From Polyangiaceae bacterium (GTDB taxonomy: Bacteria > Myxococcota_A > Polyangia > Polyangiales > Polyangiaceae): a stretch of DNA of 64,000 nt. The notes under the pieces were generated by a model, which had not been told where the DNA came from, made no database searches, and saw only the letters and a list, made by a program, of their open reading frames with translations. This document shows positions 11,877-21,129 of this stretch, piece by piece. The position numbers and the translations under genes were made by a program. Location: the NCBI GenBank assembly GCA_050287085.1, contig JBNKBE010000013.1, positions 1-64,000 of the forward strand. The letters are read 5' to 3'. The first letter of the stretch is position 1. Every line of letters starts with the position of its first letter.

Positions 11877-12244
11877 GCGACATCAAACCGCGCGACAGCA
11901 GCCTGTTGACCGATTTCGACGTCGACTACACGCCGTTCAGGTGCTGCGGCGACGAGGACCTCGTCTTTCTTCGCTGCGAGCACTGCGCTCACATCTGGGT
12001 CGAGTGCTACGAATGCTCGACCTGGTACGTAAACCTGATGGATCTCTCCAAGAGGGAGAGCGCCTGTCTCTCCGACGTAAACGAGCGATTGTCCTGCCCA
12101 GCGTGCAAGTCAGCTTTTGCGGACTCCTTCTACCTCAAGGAAGGGAATGTCGATCGCTACCTTGCGACCGCGGAGCAGGTTATTGCTGCCGGGCACGGCA
12201 GATTTCTTGCTCCCCACCTTCGCGACGAGGGCGCTTCCGAGTAG
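11873..12244 (+). CDS. Cys-rich, putative Zn-binding hypothetical protein
   Basis: CC, CEHC, CYEC and CPAC motifs; translationally coupled to the previous gene. Confidence 0.6.
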   Translation: MSDIKPRDSSLLTDFDVDYTPFRCCGDEDLVFLRCEHCAHIWVECYECSTWYVNLMDLSKRESACLSDVNERLSCPACKSAFADSFYLKEGNVDRYLATAEQVIAAGHGRFLAPHLRDEGASE

Positions 12245-12400
12245 CTCTGCGCGTCTGGCGTCGATCCGCGGCTACAGAAGCCCGCGAGCGACCGCGTACT
12301 CCTCGAACGCGGCCTTCGGCCAGGTCTTCGTAAGCAGTTCGCCGAGTTCGCAGCTGGTGGGAGGCTCGATCCGCGGCGGCGAGTCGACCTGACGGAGCAG

Positions 12401-12595
12401 ATGCAGGAACTGGTCGAGTTGCTGCGCGCCCTCGGAGAGCACCAGCCTGTCAGACTTCGGCCTGTGGATAACGGCGCTGTGCCGGTCGTCTTCTACCTAG
12501 ACGACCCGAAGGCCACAGAGTGGGCACCGATCAGCATCGAGAATGATCGAATGGTCCTTCTCGCCGCTCCGGGACTCGTCGTCGAGCGGCTGTAG
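12401..12595 (+). CDS. Small hypothetical protein
   Basis: GGAG RBS, 64-aa ORF. Confidence 0.35.
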   Translation: MQELVELLRALGEHQPVRLRPVDNGAVPVVFYLDDPKATEWAPISIENDRMVLLAAPGLVVERL

Positions 12596-12610
12596 ATCTC
12601 GGCAGGCAGC

Positions 12611-12960
12611 CTACCGCCTCCACGGCACTATCCGCGCTCGGGTCACGGCCGCCTGCTTCTCGTCGTCGAGATCGCGGATGAGGCGGACGATCTCGCTGCC
12701 GCTGCTACGGTTCAACAGGAAAGTGATCACGTCTCCGAAATCGCCGAGCTGAGATCCCCCCATGCCGCGAGCCTTCGGACGGTACAGTCCTCCGACATAC
12801 CTGCTGGCGTCGGCTGCGAGCCCCTCGGCGTCCAGCTCGAGTTCGTCCGCGATGAGCTCCAACGCACCGTCATCGAGATCGATGCTGATTGTGGCGCCCG
12901 GGCCTGCAAAGGCTCCGAGCCGGGCCCGTTCATGCAGCGCGCCGCTCCCGATAGGGTCAA
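12611..12960 (-). pseudogene. 3' fragment of a hypothetical protein
   Basis: Coding-like frame ending ...RARIVPWRR*; no clear start. Confidence 0.3.
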
Positions 12961-13001
12961 CCTAAACACACCGGACATCCATCGGGTTCTTGCGAGCGAG
13001 T

Positions 13002-14186
13002 TCATGGTCGTCCCGGTGTCTCCAGCTCCGTTCCAACACGCAGCTTGTCGAGGAAGCGCTGGTACACCCACGAGCGGTCGCGTTTCTTGCCGGTGGTTTC
13101 GACGAGGACGCCGGCCTTCTCAAGCGCCTCGACGGCGCGGCCGGCGGTGGGCTTGCTGACGCCGAGCTGCTTGATGGCGAAGGCCACCGATACGACGGGA
13201 TGCCGCGGCAGCAGCTCAAAGAGGCGCACCGCGGCGACTGAGGTGCCGGCGTGATCGAGCGCGCGCGATCGGTCGTCGGTGACCAACGTGAAGAGCTCGC
13301 GCGCGGAGGTCACCGCCTCGTCGGCGATGGTGGCAACGCCGTCCAAGAAGAAGTCGGTCCACCCTTCCCAGTCGCCGTTCGTTCGCACGGAGCGGAGGCG
13401 GTCGTAGTAGTCGCTGCGGTGCCGCTTGAAGAAGAGGCTCAGGTAGAGGAGCGGCTTGGTGAGCAGCTTCCGGTGTTCGAGGAGCAAGGTGACCAGCAGG
13501 CGCCCGATTCTCCCGTTGCCGTCGAGGTAGGGGTGAATGGTCTCGAACTGCACATGCAGAAGCCCCGCGCGCACGAGCGGCGGCAAGTCATCGTCGGCAT
13601 GGATGTACTTTTCGAACGCCGACAGCAGCTCGCCGAGGGCGTGGGGTGGCGGCGGCACGAAGGCCGCATTGCCCGGACGACTCCCGCCGATCCAGTTCTG
13701 CGTGCGACGCACCTCGCCTGGCTGTTTGTCGGCACCGCGAACGCCTTGCATGAGGCGCGCGTGCGTTTCGTTGAGCAAGCGCATCGACAGCGGCAGCCCC
13801 GAGGCGTCGGCGAGCTCTGCTCGCGCGAAGTTGAGGGCATCGAGGTAGTTGCAGACCTCCTCGACGTCCGCGCTCCTTGGGCGTTCGTCGCTCTCGGCCT
13901 CGAAGGTGAACAGATCGACGAGAGTCGCCTGGGTGCCCTCGATCTGCGAGGAGACCACCGCCTCCTTGCGGACGAAGGCGTAGATGAACCAGTCGAGCGA
14001 CGGCACCATCTCGCCGGCCAGCTCGAGCCGAACCAATGCCTGTTCCGCGGCGCGGAGTCGCTCGTCGAGCACACCTTCGATGGCGAGCTTCGGTCGTGTG
14101 GGTGGCAGTGCCGCAGGAATGAAGGCTGCGACCTCCTCGCCGCCCATCGTGGTCCGCTCGTAGGTACCTGTTTTCCTTTGCTTCAT
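13002..14186 (-). CDS. Fic-family protein (Fic_N - Fic - C-terminal wHTH)
   Basis: Catalytic HPYLDGNGRIGR; inhibitory SSQIEG motif; C-terminal LGVSKPTAGRAVEALEKAGVL wHTH. Confidence 0.95.
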   Translation of the reverse strand: MKQRKTGTYERTTMGGEEVAAFIPAALPPTRPKLAIEGVLDERLRAAEQALVRLELAGEMVPSLDWFIYAFVRKEAVVSSQIEGTQATLVDLFTFEAESDERPRSADVEEVCNYLDALNFARAELADASGLPLSMRLLNETHARLMQGVRGADKQPGEVRRTQNWIGGSRPGNAAFVPPPPHALGELLSAFEKYIHADDDLPPLVRAGLLHVQFETIHPYLDGNGRIGRLLVTLLLEHRKLLTKPLLYLSLFFKRHRSDYYDRLRSVRTNGDWEGWTDFFLDGVATIADEAVTSARELFTLVTDDRSRALDHAGTSVAAVRLFELLPRHPVVSVAFAIKQLGVSKPTAGRAVEALEKAGVLVETTGKKRDRSWVYQRFLDKLRVGTELETPGRP

Positions 14187-14198
14187 CGCCGCATCCTG

Positions 14199-14348
14199 CT
14201 CTGAACGAGTTCGTACCCAGGACTCTCCGCTGGTAACGAATTCTTTACCAGCTCATCCTGTTAGTCAAGGATTCGTTCCTAACGAATGGTCGGCGCTAGG
14301 AATGGATCCGTTGTCAATGGCCGGCGCTGGGAACGACTTTGTTCCTAG
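14199..14348. repeat. Array of five 22-bp imperfect palindromes upstream of fic
   Basis: Copies start at 14199, 14230, 14261, 14296 and 14327; consensus CTRGGAACGAATTCGTTCCYAG. Confidence 0.8.
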
Positions 14349-14544
14349 CGGGGCGGGCGCAGCGTCACGAAACGGCTCTCCGAAGCGACAAACTCGGTTC
14401 GTCAGGGCTTGAGGACCTCGAGCAGGTCCCCTGCGAGCGCCTCGCAGGCGAACGCAAATGGCCCAGAACCGGTCAGCGTCGCCGCCCCGATGCACCCGTT
14501 AATATAACCATTGCCTTATATAATAAATACGCTATGTTTTTTCC

Positions 14545-14889
14545 ATGCACGCGCATCGCTCTCTCGACGCGACGCTGTCCGCCCTGTCGGATCCGACGAG
14601 GCGCGCCATCCTCGCGCGCCTGGCGGAGGGGGAGGCCACGGTCAACGAGCTCGCCGAGCCCTTCGCGATCTCGCAGCCGGCGATTTCGCGGCACATCAAG
14701 GTGCTCGCCGAGGCCGGCCTGATTGTGCAGCGTGTCGAGGGAACGAAGCGCCCCTGTCGCCTCGCACGGGGCGCCCTATCCGAGCTCGACGAGTACCTGG
14801 AAATGCTGCGAAAGGCTCTGGATCAGAACTACCGACGCCTCGATCGCCTCTTGGCGAATCAACAAGGAAGAAAGGACAAACAATCATGA
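14545..14889 (+). CDS. ArsR/SmtB-family regulator
   Basis: ALSDPTRRAILARL...SQPAISRHIKVL. Confidence 0.9.
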   Translation: MHAHRSLDATLSALSDPTRRAILARLAEGEATVNELAEPFAISQPAISRHIKVLAEAGLIVQRVEGTKRPCRLARGALSELDEYLEMLRKALDQNYRRLDRLLANQQGRKDKQS

Positions 14890-15368
14890 GCAAGTTGGTC
14901 TTGGAGATCGAGGGGGACAAATTCGTCATCGTGACGAGGAGGTTCGAAGCGTCTCCCGATGCGGTATATCGCGCGCACATGGATCCCGACCTCGTCCAGG
15001 AGTGGATGCTTGGCCCTGAGGGCTGGACGATGCCGGTCTGCATCAACGAGGCGAAGCCCGGGGGAAAGATCCGTTACGAATGGTCAGACGGCAAAGGCGG
15101 CGGCTTCTACCTGACGGGCGAGATCATCGAGCTGGATCCCCCGCACCGTATCGTTCATGTCGAACGGATGCACCTGCCCGACCCCACGCCAGACAATCAT
15201 ATCGTCACCACGTTCACCGCGGACGGAGCCGGAACGCTCATGACCATGCGCATGACACTCCCCGACGCAGAGACCCGCAAGGCCATGCTGGCGACGGGAA
15301 TGGAACACGGGATGGAGGCGTCCTACGCCCGCCTGGAACGCGTCTCGGATTGGCAGAGTGCACGATGA
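14886..15368 (+). CDS. SRPBCC/AHA1-like ligand-binding protein
   Basis: IVTRRFEASPDAVYRAH...W..GP.GW...GMEHGMEASYARL; ATGA overlap. Confidence 0.9.
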   Translation: MSKLVLEIEGDKFVIVTRRFEASPDAVYRAHMDPDLVQEWMLGPEGWTMPVCINEAKPGGKIRYEWSDGKGGGFYLTGEIIELDPPHRIVHVERMHLPDPTPDNHIVTTFTADGAGTLMTMRMTLPDAETRKAMLATGMEHGMEASYARLERVSDWQSAR

Positions 15369-15787
15369 GCGGGCACAACCCCAGCGAGGCCAAGGACGTC
15401 AGGGCCAGCGTGCACGTCAGCATCGATGTGCCGGCACTCGAGGCCGGTCTCCAGTTCTACGGGTCAGTGTTCGGATTCGTGGAAAACGCCAGACCGTTTC
15501 CGACGATGGCGATCCTCGATGCCAACAACGTCACCGTGTGCATGCATGAGAAAGCGGCGGGCACCAAGAGCTCGCCAGGAGGCGCCGAGGTGCGTCGCTA
15601 CGAGCGGCATTGGACGCCGGTACACATGGACGTTCATGTTTCTGACCTAGATGCGGTGCTGGAGAAAGTGCGCGCCGAGGGCGGCGTAATTGAAAGCGAG
15701 TTCAGAACGCAGGGGCCGAAGCCCGTCGCGTTCTGCAGCGATCCGTTCGGCAACGGGTTCTGCGTCATTGGCGAGCGCGCGACCTGA
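15365..15787 (+). CDS. VOC/glyoxalase family protein
   Basis: IDVPALEAGLQFY...VHMDVHV.D...DPFGNGFC. Confidence 0.85.
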   Translation: MSGHNPSEAKDVRASVHVSIDVPALEAGLQFYGSVFGFVENARPFPTMAILDANNVTVCMHEKAAGTKSSPGGAEVRRYERHWTPVHMDVHVSDLDAVLEKVRAEGGVIESEFRTQGPKPVAFCSDPFGNGFCVIGERAT

Positions 15788-15839
15788 ACGCTCCGGCTTC
15801 GTGTGATACAGTCAGAAGGCATGGCGCCCAGCCCATCCG

Positions 15840-15957
15840 GCTCAGCCCAGCACCCGCACGCCGATCTCCGTCCCGGTCTTCGGCGCCGGCCCGCGCTCCT
15901 TCTGGCAGGCGCCCAGAAGCGGTCGGTGTGGCCGCCTCGGGTGGTGCGCTCGGCGTC
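15840..15957 (-). pseudogene. Second copy of the terminase 3' end (inverted relative to 5167-5294)
   Basis: Reverse complement aligns to 5167-5294 with 7 mismatches and one 10-bp gap. Confidence 0.9.
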
Positions 15958-15999
15958 CACTCGACAAACTCCGGCTCGGCCTTCTTGACGATACCGAGG

Positions 16000-16379
16000 G
16001 TCATGACGCCCACTGGGACACCAAAGCGTTTCACACCCCTCCGCCCCCGCAGCAAGTGGTCGAAGCGCAACCGCGCGGCAGCGGAACGGAGCATCGCCGC
16101 CGGGCGCATGGAACCGGCCGGTCTCGTCGAGGTGAAGGTGGCCCGCACCGACGGGCGCTGGGCGGCCGCCTACGATTCCAGCCGCACCGCCACGGTCCCC
16201 CCTACCTCGCCAAAGCACTCGACGCCGACGCCAAAGCCCGCGCCTTCTTCGACAAGCTCAACTTGCGCAACCGCTACGCGCTCCTCTACCGCATCCAGAA
16301 CGCCAAACGCCCCGAGACCCGCGCCCGCCTCATCGCAAAGTTCACGCGGATGTGCGCCCGCGGCGAGACGATCCACTGA
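16000..16379 (+). pseudogene. YdeI/OmpD-associated family, 5'-truncated and frameshifted
   Basis: RFTP.RPRSKWSKRN...DGRWAAAYD, frameshift near 16200, then AKRPETRAR.I. Confidence 0.8.
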
Positions 16380-16532
16380 TCGCGGCCCAGCGCAGGGGGG
16401 TGGGCCTCAGGAGCTCGCGAACGTCCGGCAGCTACCGCCGGAGGGACGGAGCATGGTCAGGCAGCTTGACGCTGCGCCAATGAGCAACTATGGCTATTAC
16501 GGATTAGGTAAGGGCCGTGTTGGAGGCCAGCA

Positions 16533-16958
16533 ATGAGCAACAACAGCCGATTCACGGTCGGCATCCACATACTGACGCTGCTTGCCCACGGCAACGGAGA
16601 ACCAGTGACGTCCGAGTACATCGCGGGAAGCGTGAATACGAACCCCGTCGTGATCCGACGGCTGTTGTCGCAGCTTCGTGATGCCAAGCTGGTCACCTCG
16701 CAGGGAGGCCCGGGAGGTGGCTGGCAGCTAGTGCGCCCACCACGCGGAATCACACTGCGCGACATCTACCTTGCGATGGAAGGCAGCACGCTCTTCCCCA
16801 TGCACCCGAATCCACCAAACCCTCGATGTCCGGTGGGGAGCACGATCCAAGCGGCCCTGTCAGGTCACTTCGACGATGCGCGGCATGCGCTCGAACAGCA
16901 GCTCACAAGGACCACGGTCGCCGATCTGGTCGAGAAGGTGAAAACGACGCCGAAGTGA
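16533..16958 (+). CDS. Rrf2-family regulator, YwnA/SifR-like
   Basis: SRFTVGIHIL...SVNTNPVVIRR...HPNPPNPRCPVG (single Cys); GGAGG RBS. Confidence 0.9.
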   Translation: MSNNSRFTVGIHILTLLAHGNGEPVTSEYIAGSVNTNPVVIRRLLSQLRDAKLVTSQGGPGGGWQLVRPPRGITLRDIYLAMEGSTLFPMHPNPPNPRCPVGSTIQAALSGHFDDARHALEQQLTRTTVADLVEKVKTTPK

Positions 16959-16982
16959 TCCGCCTTGACCAGTTGTTCTGAG

Positions 16983-17873
16983 ATGAGATCGGCCACCCTT
17001 GCATTGGATGACTACCGGAGGCTCGTCGCGCTGGACGAGCCCTTCGAGGTCCAGACGTCGGAGGAGCGTGACCCAGCCGCGCTCCTCCGACGCGTCCTCA
17101 GCTTCCTCGAGAGGGAACACGGTGACTGCCGCGCCTCGCGTCGTGGCACCGACACGGACGCGCGCCTTCGCGTGCGGTCGCTCCTCACGGCGCGCCCCCC
17201 GGGGCCGATGCCACGAGACGTCCAGGATGCACTCGACACGCTCCTCCGCGTCGAGCAAGCCAGTCGTCCGAGCATCGCGGCAGATGCCCTTCCGCGGTTT
17301 GTGTTCCCAGGGCTGGACGGCGCGAAGCTCGCCCTCTGGCAGGGGGATATCACGACGCTGGCCGTCGATGCGATCGTGAACGCCGCCAACGCTCAGCTTC
17401 TTGGCTGCTTCACGCCGTTCCACGCCTGCATCGACAACGCGATCCATGCGGTGGCGGGGCCACGCCTCCGAGATGACTGCTACCGCATCATGCAGGCGCA
17501 GGGCTTCGCCGAACCAACGGGGTGCGCAAAGGTAACGCGCGGCTACCATCTTCCGTCTCGCTTCGTGCTGCACACCGTGGGCCCAATCGTGAACGGGGCG
17601 TTGACGCGAGAGCACGAGACCGATCTCGCGCGTAGCTATCGCGCCTGCCTCGACGTCGCCGCCGAGACCGGCCAGATTCAGTCCCTCGCGTTCTGCGCCA
17701 TCTCGACGGGGGTGTTTGGCTTCGCGCCCGAGCCCGCCGCGCGCATCGCTCTCGGGGCGACGCGCGATTGGCTCGTCGAGAACCCGGGGGCGGTTGACCT
17801 CGTGGTGTTCAACGTCTTCTCAGCGCGTGACCATGCGACGTACGCGCAGGCCATCGAGGAGCTGTCTCGATGA
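16983..17873 (+). CDS. Zn-dependent macrodomain protein-ADP-ribose hydrolase
   Basis: WQGDIT, IVNAAN, Zn loop GCFTPFHACIDN, ISTGVFGF. Confidence 0.9.
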   Translation: MRSATLALDDYRRLVALDEPFEVQTSEERDPAALLRRVLSFLEREHGDCRASRRGTDTDARLRVRSLLTARPPGPMPRDVQDALDTLLRVEQASRPSIAADALPRFVFPGLDGAKLALWQGDITTLAVDAIVNAANAQLLGCFTPFHACIDNAIHAVAGPRLRDDCYRIMQAQGFAEPTGCAKVTRGYHLPSRFVLHTVGPIVNGALTREHETDLARSYRACLDVAAETGQIQSLAFCAISTGVFGFAPEPAARIALGATRDWLVENPGAVDLVVFNVFSARDHATYAQAIEELSR

Positions 17874-18736
17874 CCACTGCGCTTCAAGACGGCGTTGTGG
17901 AGACGTTCGTGCGCTGGTGGCGGGATGCAGACCACGTCCTCATCGGCGCGGGTGCAGGGCTTTCAGCGGCGGCCGGCATCGACTACGCCGACGAACAGGA
18001 CTTTGCGCGCGTCTTCCCTGTTATGGTGCGGCGAGGTTTTCGGGCTCGCTACCAGCTCATCGGATACCAAGGTTGGACGCCGCAGCAGCACTGGGCGTAC
18101 TGGGCGACGCACGTGAACGACGTCCGCTTCGCGCCGCGCTCGCACCCCGTCTACGATCGGCTCCGCAGGCTCGTCGCTGGCAAGGACTCTTTCGTCCTGA
18201 CCTCCAACGTAGACGCGATGTTCGAACGAAACGGATTCGACACGGACCGCATCTTCACGCCACAGGGCGACTACGCCGCCATGCAGTGCCGCACGCCCTG
18301 TAGGCGCGAGGTCTGGCCCAGTCAGCCTGCCATTGAGCTCGCCCTTCAGCACCTGGACGCCGAGTCGTTCTCGCTCACCAAGCCCGAGGTCGTTCCAAGA
18401 TGCCCAAACTGCGGCGGCGAGGTGTTCCTGAACGTGCGGCTCGACCATGGGTTCGTTGAGACACCGTACGTGCCGCAGGCAGAGCGCCTGAACGGGTGGC
18501 TCACCGAGGCTGCGCGAGGCGCATTGCTCGTGCTCGACGTTGGTTCGGGGTTCAACACGCCCTCGGTCGTTCGCTGGCAGACCGAGCGCCTCGCGCGTTC
18601 CCTTCCGAATGCGCGCCTCGTGCGGATCAACCGCGACGACGCGAACACGGGCGACGTCCCCGAGGGACGCACGCTGGCGATCCAATGCGACGCCGGGGCC
18701 GCGATCGCCGCCCTGTCGACAGCCTGCCTGGGGTGA
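17870..18736 (+). CDS. Class M sirtuin (SirTM, mono-ADP-ribosyltransferase)
   Basis: GAGAGLS, TSNVD, QGDY in place of HG, CRTPC/CPNC, G.GFNTP; ATGA-coupled to the macrodomain gene. Confidence 0.9.
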   Translation: MTTALQDGVVETFVRWWRDADHVLIGAGAGLSAAAGIDYADEQDFARVFPVMVRRGFRARYQLIGYQGWTPQQHWAYWATHVNDVRFAPRSHPVYDRLRRLVAGKDSFVLTSNVDAMFERNGFDTDRIFTPQGDYAAMQCRTPCRREVWPSQPAIELALQHLDAESFSLTKPEVVPRCPNCGGEVFLNVRLDHGFVETPYVPQAERLNGWLTEAARGALLVLDVGSGFNTPSVVRWQTERLARSLPNARLVRINRDDANTGDVPEGRTLAIQCDAGAAIAALSTACLG

Positions 18737-18966
18737 TAAGCCGGAGCGAGGGAGCGACCGCGTTCCCAACACTGCTTTCGGGGGCGCTCGGCGGCGGTGG
18801 CCGAGGACAGGCAACGGGGCTCGAAGCCCCGTCACGATGTGTGGCTGCGCCCGCTCAAACCGAGCGACCGCTTCACGCGGATTTCCAAGGAAGGCTTGCT
18901 CGTACTCTCGTTCGGCCAACGTCGAGCGCTCCCGCACTCGACGCAGCGGAGGGGGGTCGCGAAGTG

Positions 18967-19374
18967 CTAGCCGGCTAGAATCGCAGCTTCCGCCGCCTTG
19001 AGCAGCTCCTTTCGGTGGTCATCGGCGCGGAGCGATTGCCGTGCGATTGAAGCATAGGCGGCAGGCTTCGCCGCCGCGTCGATCCGACCTTCGCTGACGA
19101 GCTGACCAAGAACCGTTGCGATGATCGTCGCATCGTAGGTGAACTCGTCCGGGTAGTCGGCTTCGTCACCGATCCACTCCAGACATGCCGTAAGCGAGGC
19201 GCCGGGGTTCTCGTTGCGCCAGGACCGATACTCAGCATACCCGTCAGCCCCCTCGTCACTGCCGAACGGCGCGTCCTCGTCGACGCAATCCCATAAGGCA
19301 TCGTCCATGACCTCCTGTGCCTGGGGGTGTCGGTGCGCAACTTCGTTCCAAGGATCGTGATCGTCAGAAGCCAT
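18967..19374 (-). CDS. YfeS/MolR-like hypothetical protein
   Basis: HPQA...WDCVDEDAPFGSDEGAD...IIATVLGQLV.EGRID. Confidence 0.55.
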   Translation of the reverse strand: MASDDHDPWNEVAHRHPQAQEVMDDALWDCVDEDAPFGSDEGADGYAEYRSWRNENPGASLTACLEWIGDEADYPDEFTYDATIIATVLGQLVSEGRIDAAAKPAAYASIARQSLRADDHRKELLKAAEAAILAG

Positions 19375-19748
19375 CGGAAGCGACTCTACTCTTTTCTTGT
19401 CGCCCGGAGCAACGCCGCAATAGGGAGCTATGCCGAGGCGCTGCGCTGCGTTCGCGCAGGACGGGCGTTGCCGTCAGCGGTGAGCGCGCCTGCAAGGCGC
19501 TCAAGTGTCGTGCTCAGCCCTGGCGCTCTGACAGCCAAGCTGTCCAGCTCGAAGAGCCTGAGCAGGCCGTCGCAACAGCGCTTCTGTCAAGCTCAACGCG
19601 CAGCAACTCGTGGACGGGAGGGACCGAGCGACAATGGAGTGGTGACCTCCCGCAGCTGCGCAGTGGCCCTAGCAGCCTGCTGTACCCAGCACTGCGGCGC
19701 TGCTCATCCACGAAACTGGCGTGAGGTCTTGCTTGAACGCCTCCTGCA

Positions 19749-20894
19749 ATGCTTCACTCCATCTCGATGCAATCCATTGGTGAGAGCCATTTCAGACGGG
19801 GGTGGCTTTGTGCCGCCCCTTTCTCTGTTGCGGCCGCAATGGGGGGATGCGGCGACACTTCCGAGCTGAGTTCGCCTGAGGTTTGCACAGCCAACTGCGG
19901 GGTTGACGAGCAGACCCCGACATCAGCAAACGTGGACGCGGGTGGCGACACTTCCGAGCTGAGTTCGCCTGAGGTTTGCACAGCTAACTGCGGGGTTGAC
20001 GAGCAGATCCCGACATCAGCAAACGTGGACGAGGGTGATAGATGCGTGTCCTTGGAGCCTTCCCTGTTTCAGACTGCCCAGTGGCCCATGCCCGGTTCTA
20101 CGGGTGAAGGCCCCCGAGCTCGCTACCGAGTCGATGGTGACATCACTCACGATGAGATGACGGGCTTGGATTGGCAACGACAGCTCTCCCCAGAACGGTT
20201 GCTAGATGAAGACGCACGCGAGTACTGCGCTCAGCTCAGTCTTGGGGGACATTGTGACTTTCGCCTTCCCACGCGCATCGAAGGTGTCAGCCTGCTCGAT
20301 CTTGGAAAGGGTGCGCCAGCTTTTGACGAAAACGCCTTTGCCGCTCTCGACGGTTCCTTGGTGCTTTGGTCAGGAAACCCGGAGCGGCAATTTCGACTTG
20401 GTCACGATGGAAGCTTGCACGTGCGACCAGCCGCCATCGCAGGCGCCGACTGGGTTCGCTGCGTGCGCGGCGGTACTTGGCCCGATGCGAAGGCGCCTCA
20501 CTATGAGCTGACCTCCGATCTAGCCATCGACACTCACACCAATCTGACCTGGACGCGCTCGACAAGCGAGCATGACTTTGTCGAGGCCGCCGCTACGTGC
20601 TCTGCCCTCCAATTGGATGGGGGCGGATTCCGCGTGCCCAGTCTGAAGGAGCTACACACCCTCGTACTCGATACCCGGACTGAAAGTCCGTGGGTCGATG
20701 CAGAGACCTTCTCCAATTTTCCCGCAGCAAAGTCCGGTCACATCCATTTTTGGACTTCATCGCGAGACGCCAACAATCCGGATTCGGTCTGGATGCTCGA
20801 CTTTGCGACCGGGACTGCGGAGATGACCGGAGCGACGGCGACCTTCACCCTGGAGAGTTCACTGTACGTCCTCTGCGTCCGCTCAGGCAGCTGA
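19749..20894 (+). CDS. Lipoprotein with two DUF1566 (Lcl C-terminal) domains
   Basis: TGLDWQR...YC..L...FRLPT..E and TNLTW...C..L...FRVPSLKEL...FWTSS...VLCVR; MGGC lipobox-like; start codon uncertain. Confidence 0.8.
   Translation: MLHSISMQSIGESHFRRGWLCAAPFSVAAAMGGCGDTSELSSPEVCTANCGVDEQTPTSANVDAGGDTSELSSPEVCTANCGVDEQIPTSANVDEGDRCVSLEPSLFQTAQWPMPGSTGEGPRARYRVDGDITHDEMTGLDWQRQLSPERLLDEDAREYCAQLSLGGHCDFRLPTRIEGVSLLDLGKGAPAFDENAFAALDGSLVLWSGNPERQFRLGHDGSLHVRPAAIAGADWVRCVRGGTWPDAKAPHYELTSDLAIDTHTNLTWTRSTSEHDFVEAAATCSALQLDGGGFRVPSLKELHTLVLDTRTESPWVDAETFSNFPAAKSGHIHFWTSSRDANNPDSVWMLDFATGTAEMTGATATFTLESSLYVLCVRSGS
19851..20036 (+). repeat. 93-bp in-frame tandem duplication
   Basis: GDTSELSSPEVCTANCGVDEQ(T/I)PTSANVD x2; copies start at 19851 and 19944. 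Confidence 0.95.
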
Positions 20895-21129
20895 GGTTGG
20901 GGGTGCTTCACCTGGCCCCTGCCGGAGCCAATGATTGCCCCATGCAGAGCTACCCATGCAGACGAGCGCACGCGCGGTACGGCGCTCCTCGCTGCCATGC
21001 GTATCGTCGTCGCCGCAACCGAGCGGACGCGCTTCGAGTGGTGGAAAGAGATCATGAGCCACCGCAGTGCGGACGAGGAGCTCGTGGCGTCGAAGCGGAA
21101 CCAGGGCTTGTCGCGTGTCGCCCGCGGGC

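Noticed and set aside
10677..12595. Integron cassette array
   Set aside because: The genes overlap, leaving no room for attC sites; no intI seen.
14199..14348. Palindromic repeat array as a CRISPR
   Set aside because: Gaps are only 9-13 bp, the repeats are highly degenerate, and no cas genes are present; an operator array fits better.
17870..18736. Sirtuin as an anti-phage SIR2 NADase (Thoeris/DSR type)
   Set aside because: It has the Zn-binding Cys pairs and QG signature of class M sirtuins and is coupled to a Zn-macrodomain; no TIR, HerA or pAgo partner.
19749..20894. DUF1566 gene as a diversity-generating retroelement target
   Set aside because: No reverse transcriptase and no template repeat in the window; the duplication is N-terminal and its differences are not adenine-specific.
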